From: Thermodesulfobacteriota bacterium
GTDB taxonomy: Bacteria > Desulfobacterota_D > UBA1144 > Nemesobacterales > UBA2774
NCBI GenBank assembly: GCA_965223335.1
Contig: OZ244991.1
Location: 2,112,001 to 2,176,000 of the forward strand
Direction: 5' to 3'
Length of the DNA: 64,000 nt
Every line of letters starts with the position of its first letter. Positions within the stretch are counted from its first letter, which is position 1. A program made the translations under genes and the position numbers. This document shows positions 28,686-37,784 of the stretch, piece by piece. The notes beneath the pieces are model-generated. The model saw only the letters and a program-made list of their open reading frames with translations. It ran no database searches and was not told the origin of the DNA.

Positions 28686-28732
28686 CACTCGTAATGAGCA
28701 GGTCAGGAGTTCAAATCTCCTCGTCGGCTCCA
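28686..28732 (+). repeat. attR: 47-bp copy of the tRNA-Thr 3' part
   Basis: Identical to 22072-22118. Confidence 0.95.
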
Positions 28733-28864
28733 TTTTTCACTGTCTGAATAGTTTGCTTGCTGAATTTGTACAATCAAATTCTTGGATAATTTTGTTTGAA
28801 AAATGTGTGAGTTGATTTTTGGGATAACCCAATGACCAATGCCTGACCCTGAATTCCTACAACC

Positions 28865-29305
28865 TTATTTAATGTCGTATTCTGCAAAAAATAAATACTG
28901 TTCAGGAATATTCTCAAAAGTAGGATTATGAAATGTTGCAACCAGGTATGGGTCTTCATCAAGAAAACTATGTTTGTTATCTTTATCAAGCTTCCACACT
29001 TCCAAACGCATATAAAGATTTTTCATATTTACAATCTTACCAAGATATGTCTTTACAAGCGTTGACTGTTTCTTCGGTAGGGCAAATTGTTCACTAGAGG
29101 TTTTCTCTAATTGCGTGAATGGATATGTTATTGGATAAAGAACTACATACATATCATGTTCTGTTGTATTGTTAATAACAATTGGTAATCCATAGCTGAA
29201 CCCATCTGATAATTCATAATGTTTGCATACTGATTCCGTAAGTCCACATGATAATAGAGTGAACATGAATATATATGTTAATGCTTTTGAGCCGGCTCTG
29301 ACCAT
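28865..29305 (-). CDS. Hypothetical lipoprotein, candidate immunity protein of the orphan Rhs-CT
   Basis: Lipobox-like LLSC; co-oriented directly downstream of the orphan rhs. Confidence 0.55.
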   Translation of the reverse strand: MVRAGSKALTYIFMFTLLSCGLTESVCKHYELSDGFSYGLPIVINNTTEHDMYVVLYPITYPFTQLEKTSSEQFALPKKQSTLVKTYLGKIVNMKNLYMRLEVWKLDKDNKHSFLDEDPYLVATFHNPTFENIPEQYLFFAEYDIK

Positions 29306-29443
29306 GTAATCAACTCAGTTTATACGAAATCAGTGCACCGATAATATAATAACAATAAATAACACTTTAGTGCTACTTAACCACAAATCTACTTTATTAA
29401 CTTCATGATAACACTATGAAAATCTCGTTGTTACAACTTATTC

Positions 29444-30652
29444 TTACATCTGATTCTTACAACATTGCTCGCAATTATTGTTACTCAACAAACAACACTC
29501 TCTGCCATAACTATTAGCAGTAAGATCTCGGATCTCGAAACCTCTTCCTTGCCTAAGACCATCCCATTCATGTCCCCACCCTGCTGCCCATGAACAAAAA
29601 TAAAATGGCAAACAGTTTTTACATATTATGCATGAACCGGAACAGTGTCTCATGAAATTATCAAGATCGGCATCTGGGTATCTTCTAGTGTATTCCTTAG
29701 CATAACAGGTTGCACATTCTTCACATCCCCTATCTGGGGGGTCACAATCCGGTGTAGGTTCTAACCCCGACGGGTCAGTGAAAATAATTGGGTTGTTATT
29801 TGCATAGATATAATAATTAATCCCTCCTGCAAATCCTATTGGGTCCTCTTGGATAAATCTTCCAATATCGGGGTCGTAATACCTTGCTCGATAATAATAC
29901 AAACCACTTTCGCTATCGTATTCACGACCTGTATACGTGAAAGGATTCGTAGTTGTACCCGTTTGGGATACGATATTTCCAAATGCATCATACACATAAT
30001 CTTGTACAACATTCCCGCCTTGCAAAAGCTCTGTTGTGCTACCTATTCCATCAGAAGTAAATGTAAACCCTCCGCTTCCAACACTATCTAAATATAATGT
30101 TTCATCTATTCCAGGTCCATGACTGAATGATGCTTGGAGTGTGTTGTTGCCATCATACTCTTGCAATATATTCTGCTCGTCATATATATATCTCGTAATC
30201 ACTCCATTGATATTTTTCTCAATTCTCCTGTCTTTACCATCGTATCTGAACGTTGCAGTTAAATTAGGTCCGTTTATCTGAGTAAGTTGATTTCGTGCAT
30301 TATACGTAAATGTAGTTGTCAAACTTGTAGCTATGTCGGTTTTACTTGTCATATTACCATTATTGTCATATGTATAAGTATATGTAGCATCCTGTATTAA
30401 GCGGTTAGCATCGTCGTAAACAGAAGGTGTCCCTTGTCCTAATTCAGTAAGCCTATTCCCCACTGCGTCGTAAGAGAAGGCTTCATTAGTTGCTCCTACT
30501 GCCCCTGTTGCACTTGTGAGTCGGTATTCATTATCATAGCCATAATTGAGTGGGCTATTAACAGTAGTACTACTCCTAGTAGTATTCATTGAAGTACGGT
30601 TGCCTACTTTATCATATGTATATGCAAAGCTAGAAATTGTAGATCCACTCAC
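29444..30652 (-). CDS. Orphan Rhs core fragment with C-terminal toxin-like tip
   Basis: YD repeats very similar to the 3' core of 31557-36881, YTGREYDSESGLYYYRARYYDP..DPSGL, a different CT, and no N-terminal domains or clear RBS. Confidence 0.85.
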   Translation of the reverse strand: MSGSTISSFAYTYDKVGNRTSMNTTRSSTTVNSPLNYGYDNEYRLTSATGAVGATNEAFSYDAVGNRLTELGQGTPSVYDDANRLIQDATYTYTYDNNGNMTSKTDIATSLTTTFTYNARNQLTQINGPNLTATFRYDGKDRRIEKNINGVITRYIYDEQNILQEYDGNNTLQASFSHGPGIDETLYLDSVGSGGFTFTSDGIGSTTELLQGGNVVQDYVYDAFGNIVSQTGTTTNPFTYTGREYDSESGLYYYRARYYDPDIGRFIQEDPIGFAGGINYYIYANNNPIIFTDPSGLEPTPDCDPPDRGCEECATCYAKEYTRRYPDADLDNFMRHCSGSCIICKNCLPFYFCSWAAGWGHEWDGLRQGRGFEIRDLTANSYGRECCLLSNNNCEQCCKNQM

Positions 30653-30718
30653 ATCATTTGTGAGATTGATTAACTGGTTTTTGGAATAACCAGAGTGTGA
30701 CCTCTTGCACCCTAAGTG

Positions 30719-31582
30719 TTAATTTGTGAGTAATGTAAACGAACTTTCATAAATGTCAGAAATTGATTCTGCCACAAACTTAACTATTCCATAGAATGTT
30801 TCGTATAACATTTTTATGACAGAATAAGGTATGGCTATCGCAACTATGCCCCAAAATTTCAAACTAAATACATCTGGTGATTTAGAAATTACAATTAACT
30901 CTATACTATCTCTAGCATATTTCGATTTTTCGCCAAGTTTTCGCTCCGATTCTGGTTCTAATATCAAAAAAGTGTCAACTTTATTTAACCACAACGGCAT
31001 AGTTGCGAAATCTCCAGTATATCCATCATCAATACTATATTTGTCTGTGTAATCATATAAGGTTCTGATTCTACCAGGAGATAGATTTACAATATTCTGA
31101 GAATCAACATATACATCTAATAGTTTATTAAACTTGATTTCAGGGAAGTCTTCTATTTGTTCATGTACTTCGGTATTCTTTGAGAAATTTCTTTTGGTGG
31201 GAAGCATTATTGATATTACTTTGTTTGCTGTTTTTTTTGTAAGTGGACTTTTTACCCAACCATTGAAAGCAATAACTATTCCAGGATTAGTCCAAACTAA
31301 TATAGTGTGTCTCAATCCAAAAACTCTTTTAGTTTTGATTACTTCATTTGGTTCACCTAGAACACTTACCCAACTCCCAACCTTGGAACCTATACTTAGA
31401 CTCGGGTCACCTAGAGCATCTGCAATTGCTGTCTCAATAGGGTCTGGCTTGTTCCCATATACAACTTCACGTATTACATAACCAAGAACTGATAGACCAA
31501 CATGGATCAACAATAATATAAGTACGGCTATTATCAGCCATTTCCCAAATATTATATTAGTCTTTGTACCCTTTTGGAACAT
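30719..31582 (-). CDS. Membrane-anchored hypothetical protein, candidate immunity protein of the main Rhs
   Basis: Overlaps the rhs stop; N- and C-terminal hydrophobic segments. ATG 31582 chosen over 31627. Confidence 0.6.
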   Translation of the reverse strand: MFQKGTKTNIIFGKWLIIAVLILLLIHVGLSVLGYVIREVVYGNKPDPIETAIADALGDPSLSIGSKVGSWVSVLGEPNEVIKTKRVFGLRHTILVWTNPGIVIAFNGWVKSPLTKKTANKVISIMLPTKRNFSKNTEVHEQIEDFPEIKFNKLLDVYVDSQNIVNLSPGRIRTLYDYTDKYSIDDGYTGDFATMPLWLNKVDTFLILEPESERKLGEKSKYARDSIELIVISKSPDVFSLKFWGIVAIAIPYSVIKMLYETFYGIVKFVAESISDIYESSFTLLTN

Positions 31583-34500
31583 AACTCTTGCATACCCTTC
31601 CGCAGCAAACATCTGATGCAGCACCATATATCAATCCTTTCTGGTTGGCACCCCAATCTCCATCAAAACAACTACACTCAACTTTTTTATTGCTATTAGT
31701 GGCTGCAGCAACCGCTTTTTTAACAATACACTCAATGCAATCATAACCTTCTTTTCCTGCCCCACCTGCTGCACCTGCTGCCATACCAACTGCCCCACAA
31801 TTTTTCGAAATTCCACAAAAAGCAATACAATGGAAGTATAAGTCCCATCTCTTACCACGGTTTGGACTAACCCTAGTACCAAAAAAATGTTTAATCAACC
31901 ATATCGGTGCACATACAATTCCTCCTTTTGGCCATTTCACCCTCCATAATCCTTGTGGATCTACATATGATATTGGGTTGTTCCCAACATATGGGTACAA
32001 ATTTATATCACCGCCACCAAATCCAATTATATCTTCCTGGATAAATCTACCAATGTGGGAGTCATAATATCTAGTCATAAAATAATATAATCCACTCTCT
32101 GAATCGTATTCATGTCCAGTATATGTATAAGGATTAATAGTCGTGCCGGTTTGTGATACGATGTTGCCAAATACATCATACACATAGTCTTGTACTACTG
32201 TACTACTCTGTATTAGTTCTGTAGTACTTCCTAGACCGTCGGTAAAGAATATGAAATCACCATTCCCTAACCTATTTGTATATAGTATCTCATCAACACT
32301 TTCACCGTGGTAATGTAATGCAATCAACGCATTGTTACCATCATACTCTTGTAATATCATATCCCCATCGTATACATATCTAGTAACAACTCCATCAATA
32401 TTTTTTTCTATCCTTCTACCAAATCCGTCATATCTGTATTGAGCTGTTAAGCTCGGACCACTTATCTGAATAAGTACATTCTCGGCGTTATATGTGTATG
32501 TAGTTGTCAAACTTGTAGCTATGTCAGTCTTACTAGTCATGTTACCATTATTGTCATACGTATATGTATACTGTGAATCTTGCATCAATCGATTTGCATT
32601 GTCATATACAGAAGGGGTGCCCTGCCCAAGTTCTGTGAGTCTATTTCCAACTGAATCATATGTGAAAGCTTCGTTTATTGCACCTATAGCCCCTGTAGCA
32701 CTAGTCAATCGATATTCATTGTCATAACCATAGTTGAGTGGGCTATTAACGGTCGTACTACTACGTGATGTGTTCATAACTGTACGATTTCCTTCTTTAT
32801 CATATGTATAACTAAAACTTGAAATGTTAGATCCGCTAACATCGTTTGAGAGATTGGTTAGTTGGCCTGCGGCATCATATGTATAGTTAGTCATTGCACC
32901 TGATGTCCCTTTTGTTTGCTGAGTTATCCTTCCTACGGCATCAAATGTATTAACCCAATTTCCTCCTGACGGAATGTTTGTAGAAAGGGCTTTATTAGTT
33001 GCATCATATGAATATGTTTGATTATTTGTTCCATCAGTCCTGGAAATACGATTGTCATTAAGATCATATTGGTTTGTAATTGTAATATTTGGTTGATATG
33101 GAGAACCTACTGTTGATGTAGTGATCAGCCTATTCTCGCTGTCATAAGTCATTGTTATAGTACTCTCAGGGTTACTAAGTATGAGCAAGTTTCCATTGTC
33201 ATCATATGTATAAGTTGTAATCCCAGTAATTGGAAGTGTTTTCTGAATTAGTTGGTTGAGAGCATTGTATTGATAGGCAATTGTCTCATTATTCCGATTG
33301 GTTAAGGATATCAAATTTCCGTTACCATCATATGTATACACTTCAGTATTACCCAACTGATCAGTTTCACTACTTATTCTGTCTCTTGTATCATAAGTAA
33401 AAGTCGTGGCTTTGGACCTTGCATCGGTTACAGTGGTCAAATTGCTATTGGCATCAAATCCAAAAGTTGTAAGCGCTAGGTCAGGATCGACTATCTGAGT
33501 TTGCCTGTTCATTGAGTCGTAGCTATAGGTAGTTGTTTTACCCTCTGCATCTGTCATTGTTGTGATGTTACCTGATGTATCAAGAGTAAATGTAGTCTGG
33601 TTAAGCAGTTGGTCAGTGATACCCTCAATATTGTATTTAATACTGTCGTATTGATATGTAACAGTATTTCCAAGTGCATCCGTGACTCCAGTTTGCTGAC
33701 CAAATGAGTTATATGCAATCGTGGTTTGATTACCTAAAGGATCTACAACTGAAGTGAGATTGCCGTTTAGATCATAGTTGAAGTTTGTTACATTGTTCAT
33801 TGGGTCTGTGAGGGTTTTAATCTGATTAAAGCCATCATTTGTATATGTATAGGATGTAGTGGCCCCTGTGGCCTGGTTTGTGGTCGAAAGTAGGTTTCCT
33901 CGACTATCATAACGTATATCAGCTATGTTCCCATTTGCATCTATTATTTGTGTTGCATTGTTTTGATCGTTGCGATCAGTGATTGTAGTTTTCCCCGATG
34001 CATTAATTCTCTCTATAGTCGAGCCGTGGCGGTTTAGTAGGTATGTGGTTGTGTTGTTATTCGCATCGGTGTAGGTGGCTTTTAGATCGGCAATCGGTAC
34101 GAATGGGGCCGGGTTGGTTTCTGTCCCTAATCCCGAGGCCGGGTCTATCAATCCCACCATCCACTGGGGTGACATTGATACGGTAGAGCCGTCGGGCCTG
34201 GTAGCCCCCGAGCATTTACCCGCAAAGTTGTACTGATAGGTAGTGACAAAACCACGCTTCGAGGTCTGGGAGGTCATCCGGTGGCTGGAGTCGTAGGCAA
34301 ACTGCCGGAAGGTGCTGTCGGGATCGGTGATTTTTGTAAGGTTACCAGAACCGTCGTATTCAAACATCGTAACCTTGCCTGCCGGGTTTGTGACCGTAGA
34401 CAGGGTGTTGCCGGAATAGGCCAGTGTTGTTACTAGACCTACGGGGTCTGTGATGGTGGTAAGCCTGCCCTGGCCATCATATGCATAGTTAGTTGTATTG

Positions 34501-36881
34501 CCGTTACGGTCCACGACCGAGCTTTGGTACCCCTGGGCATCGAAATGGATTTGGGTGCCGTCCTTTAATTTGCGCGTATAAGTGCCATTGGTATTAGCAA
34601 ACAATATCGATGTGTCGTTAGGCTCTGAAATAAAATCGCCGTGAATACTATGATCGTACAATACATAATTCACCCATGCGGGGTCATTAAGATCGGCATA
34701 ACTCCTGCTACCGAGTTGTCCATTGTTGGTGCCTGCTAGATCGGTTAGAACCTGGCCCTGCCCTTCGTCGAAATTAGCATAATAAATCAGCCCCGACTCG
34801 CTCCCTGTGAGCTGAGTAGACATGTTGTTTTGTATTTCTGTGCCAGTTAGCGCATAGTTCCAAACACGTATTTCGTCTACGTAACCACTATAAGCTCTTC
34901 TGACACCTGGTAAGATATGTTCCTGGAACCAACCTATATGTAAGCGTGTAAATTTGTTATACAGCCCTTGTTGAGTGAATGTTTTATCGTCTATCATCTG
35001 GCCATTTACAAAGACCTTTACATTACCACTCGAATACACAGCGGCAATATGGTACCAGTGGTCCTTGACCATTACAGGGCTCGTGTAGTGTTCGACATTT
35101 ATCTTGTTACTGGTACTTGCACTTTTATCCACTCTGATTACGTTGACTTGAGAATCGCGACCGAATATTTCTGCCCCGATACCGTGCCCTTCTTCAAGTC
35201 TACCAAAGGTAAGCTGAGCATTATGAAAAACCTGGACGCGGTTTGTAAACAGATCTACACGCGGGACGGGTTTTACCCATGTTTCCACTGTAAACGGGAA
35301 GGTTTTCATTATATTCCCAGCCCCAGTTGGGAATTTGATATAATCAAAATTTCTGCTGAGATAGTCAAAAAATAGGGCGGTTCCTTCAGTAGCCCCACTG
35401 GCTGCCGGGGGTTCTAAAGTGTGCTGTCTAACTTTATAGTGGAACATACCACCGTCGCCCTCTTGCAAGAGGGCACTGCCGTCGGTTTGAATGTGTAGTC
35501 TAGACAAACCCTGTAAGCTCCAACCTGCGCCGAATTCGCTGTCCTTAAGATTAGCGATCTTGATGTCACCAACCTCTTTGATGGCCCTGGTTTGAGTAGG
35601 GGTCGCACGTGTGAATATGTTGGTCATATAAATGTCGTAGGGATAGATACCGGTAGCCATATTCGTTGCATCGAATTGTATGGCATTGACATGCTCATTA
35701 GGGACAGAAACAATTTGACCGGTTGTGTCATGAACAACGGTTCCTTTATCGTCACCATCAACAATTAGCTGCATGGATTGTAGATCTGGTGGATCAGTGC
35801 TATATGCAATTGATAGAATTGACCGGTTTTGCATAATCGGCCGTGCGTCTGCATAGGTGCTGTTATACTCGAAAGTTAGAGACCTGGACTGATTAAGTGA
35901 TTTATATGAGACAAGGCTATGTTCTTCGCTCAGATTGCCATTGGCTAGGTTTAGCATTGAGCCGACCGGGATAGGACAACATTCGTCACATGGTGGAGGA
36001 GGTCCTGCAGGCGGACCTCCGGGGCCGGGCTCGGGGAGGTAACCGGAACAATTTCCGGTCTTGAGTATCCCACCTGCAACTGTTTCAACAACAGAGCCGT
36101 CTTCACTTACCTGACCTACACCGACCACCTGAAATCTCCCAGTTCTTAATTCAGGCTCCATTATTTCCAGTTGGTTGCCAGGAGAAAAACCATAGTCATT
36201 TGGGAATGTCACAGCAGCAGGTTCAGTAAATGTAATACCGGGGGGCTGGACAGTTACCATCACCCCAAAACCAAGCTCTTTCGGGGGATCTACAGGGCCG
36301 TAGCCATATGGTACAAGGGATATAGAGATGGGGCCCTTATATTTTTTGCCGTCGTCAGTTACGGCACTGTTTTTTTCTATTGTTAGAGTTACACCAATAT
36401 TCTGGTTCTCGACAATTGTGGTTTTCCCGGGTTTGACCTCGGTAATAGTGCTCTGGTCTATTTGTGTAAGGTAAAAGGGTCTCTCGATATAATTCTCAAC
36501 AACTGGCTCTAAATATATATAACCTCTAAACCCGGCGTATTCGGACCCGTCGGTGCTAAGGTAGGCCGTGGTGCTATCGATATCGAGAACAACACCGCCA
36601 ACCGGCAGGTCGGGGATCGAGAAGTAACCTTGATCATCGCTTAGCGATACCATGCTGCCACCAAGGACGGATACGGTAGCGCCTTCGATGGGGGTCTCTA
36701 TGCCATTTGAGGCATCGACGGCATCCATGAGTCGCCCTGTAAGAGTAGTGCTGGTAACTTCGGGTTCGGGATTGTTCTGGGGAATCGTAGCAGATGTACT
36801 AAGCCATAATAATAAAACGGCGATTAATGCTGCCACCAATATGGGACTGGCTAGGACAAGTTTTTTGGTAGATCGACTCAT
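31557..36881 (-). CDS. Large Rhs/YD-repeat protein with signal anchor, carboxypeptidase-regulatory-like and LamG-like domains
   Basis: N-terminal hydrophobic helix, FTVETWVKP..WYHIAAVY..GYVDEIRVWN (LamG), many YD repeats, Rhs core GLYYFMTRYYD..DPQGL. Confidence 0.92.
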   Translation of the reverse strand: MSRSTKKLVLASPILVAALIAVLLLWLSTSATIPQNNPEPEVTSTTLTGRLMDAVDASNGIETPIEGATVSVLGGSMVSLSDDQGYFSIPDLPVGGVVLDIDSTTAYLSTDGSEYAGFRGYIYLEPVVENYIERPFYLTQIDQSTITEVKPGKTTIVENQNIGVTLTIEKNSAVTDDGKKYKGPISISLVPYGYGPVDPPKELGFGVMVTVQPPGITFTEPAAVTFPNDYGFSPGNQLEIMEPELRTGRFQVVGVGQVSEDGSVVETVAGGILKTGNCSGYLPEPGPGGPPAGPPPPCDECCPIPVGSMLNLANGNLSEEHSLVSYKSLNQSRSLTFEYNSTYADARPIMQNRSILSIAYSTDPPDLQSMQLIVDGDDKGTVVHDTTGQIVSVPNEHVNAIQFDATNMATGIYPYDIYMTNIFTRATPTQTRAIKEVGDIKIANLKDSEFGAGWSLQGLSRLHIQTDGSALLQEGDGGMFHYKVRQHTLEPPAASGATEGTALFFDYLSRNFDYIKFPTGAGNIMKTFPFTVETWVKPVPRVDLFTNRVQVFHNAQLTFGRLEEGHGIGAEIFGRDSQVNVIRVDKSASTSNKINVEHYTSPVMVKDHWYHIAAVYSSGNVKVFVNGQMIDDKTFTQQGLYNKFTRLHIGWFQEHILPGVRRAYSGYVDEIRVWNYALTGTEIQNNMSTQLTGSESGLIYYANFDEGQGQVLTDLAGTNNGQLGSRSYADLNDPAWVNYVLYDHSIHGDFISEPNDTSILFANTNGTYTRKLKDGTQIHFDAQGYQSSVVDRNGNTTNYAYDGQGRLTTITDPVGLVTTLAYSGNTLSTVTNPAGKVTMFEYDGSGNLTKITDPDSTFRQFAYDSSHRMTSQTSKRGFVTTYQYNFAGKCSGATRPDGSTVSMSPQWMVGLIDPASGLGTETNPAPFVPIADLKATYTDANNNTTTYLLNRHGSTIERINASGKTTITDRNDQNNATQIIDANGNIADIRYDSRGNLLSTTNQATGATTSYTYTNDGFNQIKTLTDPMNNVTNFNYDLNGNLTSVVDPLGNQTTIAYNSFGQQTGVTDALGNTVTYQYDSIKYNIEGITDQLLNQTTFTLDTSGNITTMTDAEGKTTTYSYDSMNRQTQIVDPDLALTTFGFDANSNLTTVTDARSKATTFTYDTRDRISSETDQLGNTEVYTYDGNGNLISLTNRNNETIAYQYNALNQLIQKTLPITGITTYTYDDNGNLLILSNPESTITMTYDSENRLITTSTVGSPYQPNITITNQYDLNDNRISRTDGTNNQTYSYDATNKALSTNIPSGGNWVNTFDAVGRITQQTKGTSGAMTNYTYDAAGQLTNLSNDVSGSNISSFSYTYDKEGNRTVMNTSRSSTTVNSPLNYGYDNEYRLTSATGAIGAINEAFTYDSVGNRLTELGQGTPSVYDNANRLMQDSQYTYTYDNNGNMTSKTDIATSLTTTYTYNAENVLIQISGPSLTAQYRYDGFGRRIEKNIDGVVTRYVYDGDMILQEYDGNNALIALHYHGESVDEILYTNRLGNGDFIFFTDGLGSTTELIQSSTVVQDYVYDVFGNIVSQTGTTINPYTYTGHEYDSESGLYYFMTRYYDSHIGRFIQEDIIGFGGGDINLYPYVGNNPISYVDPQGLWRVKWPKGGIVCAPIWLIKHFFGTRVSPNRGKRWDLYFHCIAFCGISKNCGAVGMAAGAAGGAGKEGYDCIECIVKKAVAAATNSNKKVECSCFDGDWGANQKGLIYGAASDVCCGRVCKSYVPKGYKD

Positions 36882-36910
36882 GATACCCCTCCATCTAGTT
36901 GTGGTGTGTG

Positions 36911-37074
36911 TTAGGAAGGGTTGAGCGGTAGGAGATGAAATTGAGAACAGTAGCGATTAATGACTGACTGTAAGAGATCTAAGTGAGTTCTAGACCCAGT
37001 ATTTCACCCATCCTAGAAATAATTGCCCTTTGCTTAAACCTGAAAATAACAAAGATGCATATGTATGTCAAGAA
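36911..37074 (-). promoter_or_regulatory. Promoter plus conserved structured leader, copy A (upstream of rhs)
   Basis: TTGACA-17-TATTTT, then TAGGATGGGTGAAAT..GATCTCTTACAGT..CAACCCTTCCTA; homologous to 44579-44730. Confidence 0.6.
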
Positions 37075-37213
37075 CTATTTATTTAGTGTATAAAAGGATA
37101 CACGAAAGCTTTGCCAATGATGGTTGCTAGTAAGTAATATAGATTAATGTTGCTTAGCTATTTGGCGATTTGGGTGGGAAAAATTATTTGAATGTTGTAT
37201 TGCTAAATTTTTT

Positions 37214-37240
37214 AGGAGTTCAAATCTCGTCGTCGGTTCC
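37214..37240 (+). repeat. Degenerate att (tRNA-Thr 3' remnant)
   Basis: AGGAGTTCAAATCTCGTCGTCGGTTCC versus tRNA AGGAGTTCAAATCTCCTCGTCGGCTCC: 2 mismatches in 27 bp. Confidence 0.8.
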
Positions 37241-37260
37241 GAAAATCTTATGGCGGGGGG

Positions 37261-37770
37261 CTATAGTTGCGGGGGGAGAAGGTCTTCGAGGAAGAAGGCC
37301 GAGAGGGCCGAGCGGCCCGGGAGGCCGGACTTGGAGTAGATGGAGTTGGTCTGTGTGCGGACGGTTTTTTCGCTGGTTTTTCGCAGGTCGGCTATTTCCT
37401 TTATGCTAAAGCCCTTTAGGAGCAAAAAGGCGACCTTTTTCTCGGCCTGAGTAAGCTCCCAACTGTCTAACTGATTGTTGATCTCGGTGCTCAAGCCATC
37501 TACATAGGTTTTAGAAACGCGTTTCCATTTTTGGGCCTCTTGATTGAGCTCACTGGAGAACTGCTTTTCCCTCTCGACAGTACGCTGCATAGCAAAATGG
37601 CTTTTCATCAGGTAGTAAACCCCTGCAAGTGCCGTGAGCCCTACTATGGTTTCGATCGAGATATGCCACAATACCACCCCCTCTAGATAGTCGTTTACGA
37701 CATCTATCAGAGTCAAAACGGCTATGAACACTAGCACAGCCGATATTGTGATGCGTTCGTTCTTGGTCAT
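37261..37770 (-). CDS. Membrane-anchored LuxR-type HTH regulator
   Basis: Two TM helices, then LTQAEKKVAFLLLKGFSIKEIADLRKTSEKTVRTQ..IYSKSG. Confidence 0.87.
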   Translation of the reverse strand: MTKNERITISAVLVFIAVLTLIDVVNDYLEGVVLWHISIETIVGLTALAGVYYLMKSHFAMQRTVEREKQFSSELNQEAQKWKRVSKTYVDGLSTEINNQLDSWELTQAEKKVAFLLLKGFSIKEIADLRKTSEKTVRTQTNSIYSKSGLPGRSALSAFFLEDLLPPQL

Positions 37771-37784
37771 GCTATCTAATAAAC

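Larger units (their letters stand above)
22072..28732. mobile_element. tRNA-integrated element with tyrosine integrase and family-B DNA polymerase (minimal pipolin-like)
   Basis: Perfect 47-bp terminal direct repeats, integrase next to attL, PolB, and visibly lower GC than the flanks. Confidence 0.88.
28733..37240. mobile_element. Second, integrase-less island (Rhs polymorphic toxin locus) ending in a degenerate att
   Basis: Lies between attR and a 25/27 copy of the tRNA 3' end at 37214-37240; AT-rich cargo. Confidence 0.6.

Noticed and set aside
22072..28732. Casposon, or protein-primed linear (tectivirus/Polinton-like) element
   Set aside because: No cas1, terminal inverted repeats, capsid or terminal-protein gene recognised; the ends are tRNA-derived direct repeats with a tyrosine integrase.
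28686..28732. Second tRNA gene
   Set aside because: Only the 3' 47 nt are present; the 5' acceptor strand and D arm are missing, so it is attR.
30653..30721. Stop-codon readthrough fusing the immunity-like gene to the orphan rhs (same frame, single TAA)
   Set aside because: One-in-three chance of being in frame, the linker is not Rhs-like, and there is no recoding signal.
36911..37030. Known riboswitch (T-box, cobalamin, c-di-GMP, SAM) for the repeated leader
   Set aside because: GGTGAAAT is reminiscent, but the other diagnostic motifs were not found by eye; kept as an unknown motif pending an Rfam search.
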